Source: a virus (Duplodnaviria; Heunggongvirae; Uroviricota; Caudoviricetes). Taken from it: a DNA stretch of 8,405 nt. Shown here piece by piece: positions 6,815 through 8,405 of this stretch (within the stretch, counting starts at the first letter, position 1; every line of letters begins with the position of its first letter). The stretch lies in IMG/VR virus record IMGVR_UViG_3300015179_000040; one strand, 5' to 3'. A program made the translations under genes and the position numbers. Under the pieces are notes generated by a model. It was not told the origin of the DNA. It was given only the letters and a program-made list of their open reading frames with translations, and ran no database searches.

Positions 6815-6970
6815 TCACTCACCTGAGTTTCTTTCCAGCCAGCGACGGGCACCATTTTCGGTTTTAAACGTTTTGCTTTTGGTATACGTCATCGCGGTGA
6901 ACGTACCGTCCTGGTTGGGGAACACACCACATACCAGAGATTCGTTGTTGCCAAGATCGATAGTATCCAT
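6815..6970 (-). CDS. ydfA: YdfA-like small protein (51 aa, DUF1391-type)
   Basis: Hand translation (not in ORF track): MDTIDLGNNESLVCGVFPNQDGTFTAMTYTKSKTFKTENGARRWLERNSGE. SD GAGG about 6 nt upstream of the ATG at 6970..6968. First gene after the predicted operon promoter. Confidence 0.65.
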   Translation of the reverse strand: MDTIDLGNNESLVCGVFPNQDGTFTAMTYTKSKTFKTENGARRWLERNSGE

Positions 6971-7035
6971 GTTGACCTCATTTCCCCTTAACGCCGGGTG
7001 GCGGAACTAAAACCTACAGCGCCGTGCTGTTCTTG

Positions 7036-7075
7036 ATAGAAATATTAGTAACGCGGATATTTTAAGTCAATAGTA
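7036..7075 (-). promoter_or_regulatory. Sigma-70 promoter of the ydfA-dicB-type operon with embedded operator-like motif
   Basis: Minus strand reads TTGACT-(17 nt)-TAATAT (-35 at plus coords 7065-7070, -10 at 7042-7047), about 65 nt upstream of the ydfA-like ATG. Contains the 9-mer AAATATTAG, which recurs at 7128-7136 and inverted at 7756-7764. Confidence 0.55.
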
Positions 7076-7167
7076 TGGCGTATGATATTTTTGATTTGGT
7101 AACTATGTAAATGTTTTTTCAAGGGAAAAATATTAGTTATACAGCTGATTTGCAGAAGTTATGGCAC

Positions 7168-7197
7168 AAAAAAACCGACTAAGACGTCGGTTTTTTT
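7168..7197. terminator. Bidirectional rho-independent terminator downstream of the repressor gene
   Basis: A7-CCGAC-UAAGAC-GUCGG-U7: GC stem flanked by complementary A and U tracts, so it can terminate on either strand. Lies 27 nt after the repressor stop. Confidence 0.6.
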
Positions 7198-7223
7198 GTT
7201 GTGGATGGGGTAGTGAGCGGTGG

Positions 7224-7685
7224 CTACTGGTTACGTTTCTTTAGTGCCAGCATGTTCTCGAAGGCTTCCTCGTAGAGCTTGTTTAGTCCACGTAGCTGGT
7301 TAAGGAGTTTGGCTTTTTCTGACGCAGGTAGAATCTCGAAGAGGTTAAGTAACTCTGCCTGTTCTTCATTGACCAGCCTCCATCCTTTGCCTGAAAAGTT
7401 ATCATCATAAGTATCTGATGATCTTACATAATTCATTAAGTCTTTAAGGTCTTCTCGAATGTCCTCTGGTTTTACCTTTAACAGAGCCGCAAATTTTAGC
7501 GCAGCGTCGGTATTTACCGGTATCTTGCCGTTCAGATACTGGCTAACGGTGCCTTGAGATTCGAATCCCAACAACTCAGCCGCCAGCTCTTGAGTCAGCT
7601 TCAGCTCTTTTTTTCTTGCATTCCATGCGGCTTTTAAATTCTTGCTCGCTTCTGGAGTTGCAATCACTTCGCGTGTTTTTTTCAT
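7224..7685 (-). CDS. DicA-like HTH (XRE-family) prophage repressor, no LexA/S24 autocleavage domain
   Basis: 153-aa ORF with HTH LTQELAAELLGFESQGTVSQYLNG and C-terminal LNLFEILPASEKAKLLNQLRGLNKLYEEAFENMLALKK, resembling the DicA C-terminus (LELFNALPESEQ...FNKLFEELLKARQ) from memory. Divergent from the Cro-like gene. No recognisable SD before the ATG. Confidence 0.75.
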   Translation of the reverse strand: MKKTREVIATPEASKNLKAAWNARKKELKLTQELAAELLGFESQGTVSQYLNGKIPVNTDAALKFAALLKVKPEDIREDLKDLMNYVRSSDTYDDNFSGKGWRLVNEEQAELLNLFEILPASEKAKLLNQLRGLNKLYEEAFENMLALKKRNQ

Positions 7686-7691
7686 ACATAG

Positions 7692-7719
7692 AGTTTATTT
7701 GTTTTACCAATATTATCAA
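7692..7719 (-). promoter_or_regulatory. Candidate repressor promoter (PRM-like); possibly leaderless transcript
   Basis: Minus strand TTGATA-(16 nt)-TAAACT ending 6 nt before the ATG, which would place the transcription start at or next to the start codon. No SD present. Weak -10, inference only. Confidence 0.35.
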
Positions 7720-7733
7720 AGATAGTCTGGCTA

Positions 7734-7762
7734 TTGATCTTTAAAATTAGCGGGGCTAATAT
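7734..7762 (+). promoter_or_regulatory. Promoter of the ydaS/ydaT-like operon with palindromic operator in the spacer
   Basis: TTGATC-(17 nt)-TAATAT on the plus strand. The palindrome ATTAGC-GGG-GCTAAT (7746-7760) spans the spacer and -10. The whole module is near-identical to the operon promoter at 7036-7075 (TTGAYY-TWWAAAWW-CSCG-CTAATATTT). Confidence 0.55.
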
Positions 7763-7792
7763 TTGCTCGAGGCATAACGTAGAAGGTTGGCT

Positions 7793-8068
7793 ATGAACTT
7801 AAGAGACTATTTAAAAGAGAAACATATCACCCAGCTACAGTTTGGGAAGCTAACGGGTTTATCTCAGGTGCATGTAAGTCGAGTGCTGGGAGGCTATGAA
7901 AGATTCAGCCCTGAAAAAGCATTACGTGTTGCTGAAGTAACGAATTTCGAGGTTACACCTCATGAACTCCGGCCTGATATTTACCCGAATCCAACCGACG
8001 GCTTACCTGTTGGATTCAAGGCTAACACACCAAATGCATCGGAGTTGATTCATGAAAATCAGGCATGA
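7793..8068 (+). CDS. YdaS-family Cro-like HTH regulator
   Basis: 91 aa from the ATG at 7793 (SD GAAGG 6 nt upstream): MNLRDYLKEKHITQLQFGKLTGLSQVHVSRVLGGYERFSPEKALRVAEVTNFEVTPHELRPDIYP. HTH plus the HELRPD motif I associate with Cro-like YdaS proteins. Occupies the dicC/cro position. The ORF track starts at an upstream TTG (7787). Confidence 0.65.
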   Translation: MNLRDYLKEKHITQLQFGKLTGLSQVHVSRVLGGYERFSPEKALRVAEVTNFEVTPHELRPDIYPNPTDGLPVGFKANTPNASELIHENQA

Positions 8069-8405
8069 GCACATCCGCATGGCGATGAATGCCTGGGCGC
8101 ATCCGGACGGTGAAAAAGTTCCGGCAGCTGAAATAACCCGGGCTTATTTTGAGCTTGGTATGACGTTCCCGGAATTATATGACGACAGCCATCCGGAAGC
8201 CCTGGCTCGCAATACCCAGAAAATTTTCCGCTGGGTGGAGAAAGACACTCCTGATGCGGTTAAAAAAATTCAGGCGTTGTTACCAGCGATCGAAAAAGCA
8301 ATGCCGCCTCTGCTGGTGGCCCGAATGCGCAGCCACAGTTCAGCTTATTTTCGGGAGCTGGTGGAGACGCGGGAACGACTGGTGAGAGACGCTGATGATT
8401 TTGTC
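8052..8405 (+). CDS. YdaT-like protein, 5' partial (runs off the window end)
   Basis: Open frame from the ATG at 8052 with no stop to 8405 (MKIRHEHIRMAMNAWAHPDGEKVPAAEITRAYFELGMTFPELYDD...KIQALLPAIEKAMPP...). The start overlaps the end of the YdaS-like gene by 17 nt. MKI(K/R)HEHI is the N-terminus I recall for Rac YdaT. Missing from the ORF track because no stop is in the window. Confidence 0.6.
   Translation, partial: MKIRHEHIRMAMNAWAHPDGEKVPAAEITRAYFELGMTFPELYDDSHPEALARNTQKIFRWVEKDTPDAVKKIQALLPAIEKAMPPLLVARMRSHSSAYFRELVETRERLVRDADDFV

Noticed and set aside
6587-7010. ORFs 6587..6784 (+), 6609..6818 (-), 6670..6867 (+), 6798..7010 (+) from the six-frame track
   Set aside because: They are alternative frames overlapping the ydfA/ydfB/ydfC-like genes, which have SDs, tight spacing and recognisable sequences. 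Rejected in favour of those small genes.
8179-8385. ORF 8179..8385 (+, 68 aa)
   Set aside because: It is an alternative frame inside the longer open frame starting at 8052, which has the YdaT-like N-terminus and overlaps the upstream gene stop.
1-8405. CRISPR arrays, tRNA/rRNA genes, IS elements, attachment-site repeats
   Set aside because: No regularly spaced direct repeats, no tRNA-like cloverleaf signatures and no transposase-like ORFs or terminal inverted repeats were seen. The att site would lie beyond the left edge of the window, downstream of int, so it cannot be assessed.

Overview
The window reads as the left arm and immunity region of a lambdoid (Qin/dicB-type) prophage of an enterobacterial host, with almost every gene on the minus strand. 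From right to left: a partial YdaT-like gene and a YdaS/Cro-like gene on the plus strand, divergent from a DicA-like HTH repressor; a bidirectional terminator; then a minus-strand operon ydfA-ydfB-ydfC-like, an unknown 135-aa ORF, a GC-rich untranslated structured stretch, a DicF-like sRNA with terminator, a second terminator, a Rha-family regulator, a DicB cell-division inhibitor homolog, a YdfD-like small membrane protein, a large 824-aa exonuclease, excisionase, and a lambda-family tyrosine integrase carrying one in-frame amber codon. No rRNA, tRNA, CRISPR array or IS element was seen. All protein identities rest on motif-level recognition from memory, not on database searches. The most plausible places for undescribed biology are (i) the AT-rich insertion between ydfC and dicF holding the unknown 135-aa ORF and a convergent, overlapping 77-aa plus-strand ORF, (ii) the large exonuclease with a RecE-like N-region, a CxxC-x7-CxxC knuckle and a DEDDh 3'-5' exonuclease domain but no RecT/Bet partner, and (iii) the duplicated promoter/operator module that appears to put the dicB-type operon and the YdaS/YdaT pair under the same repressor.
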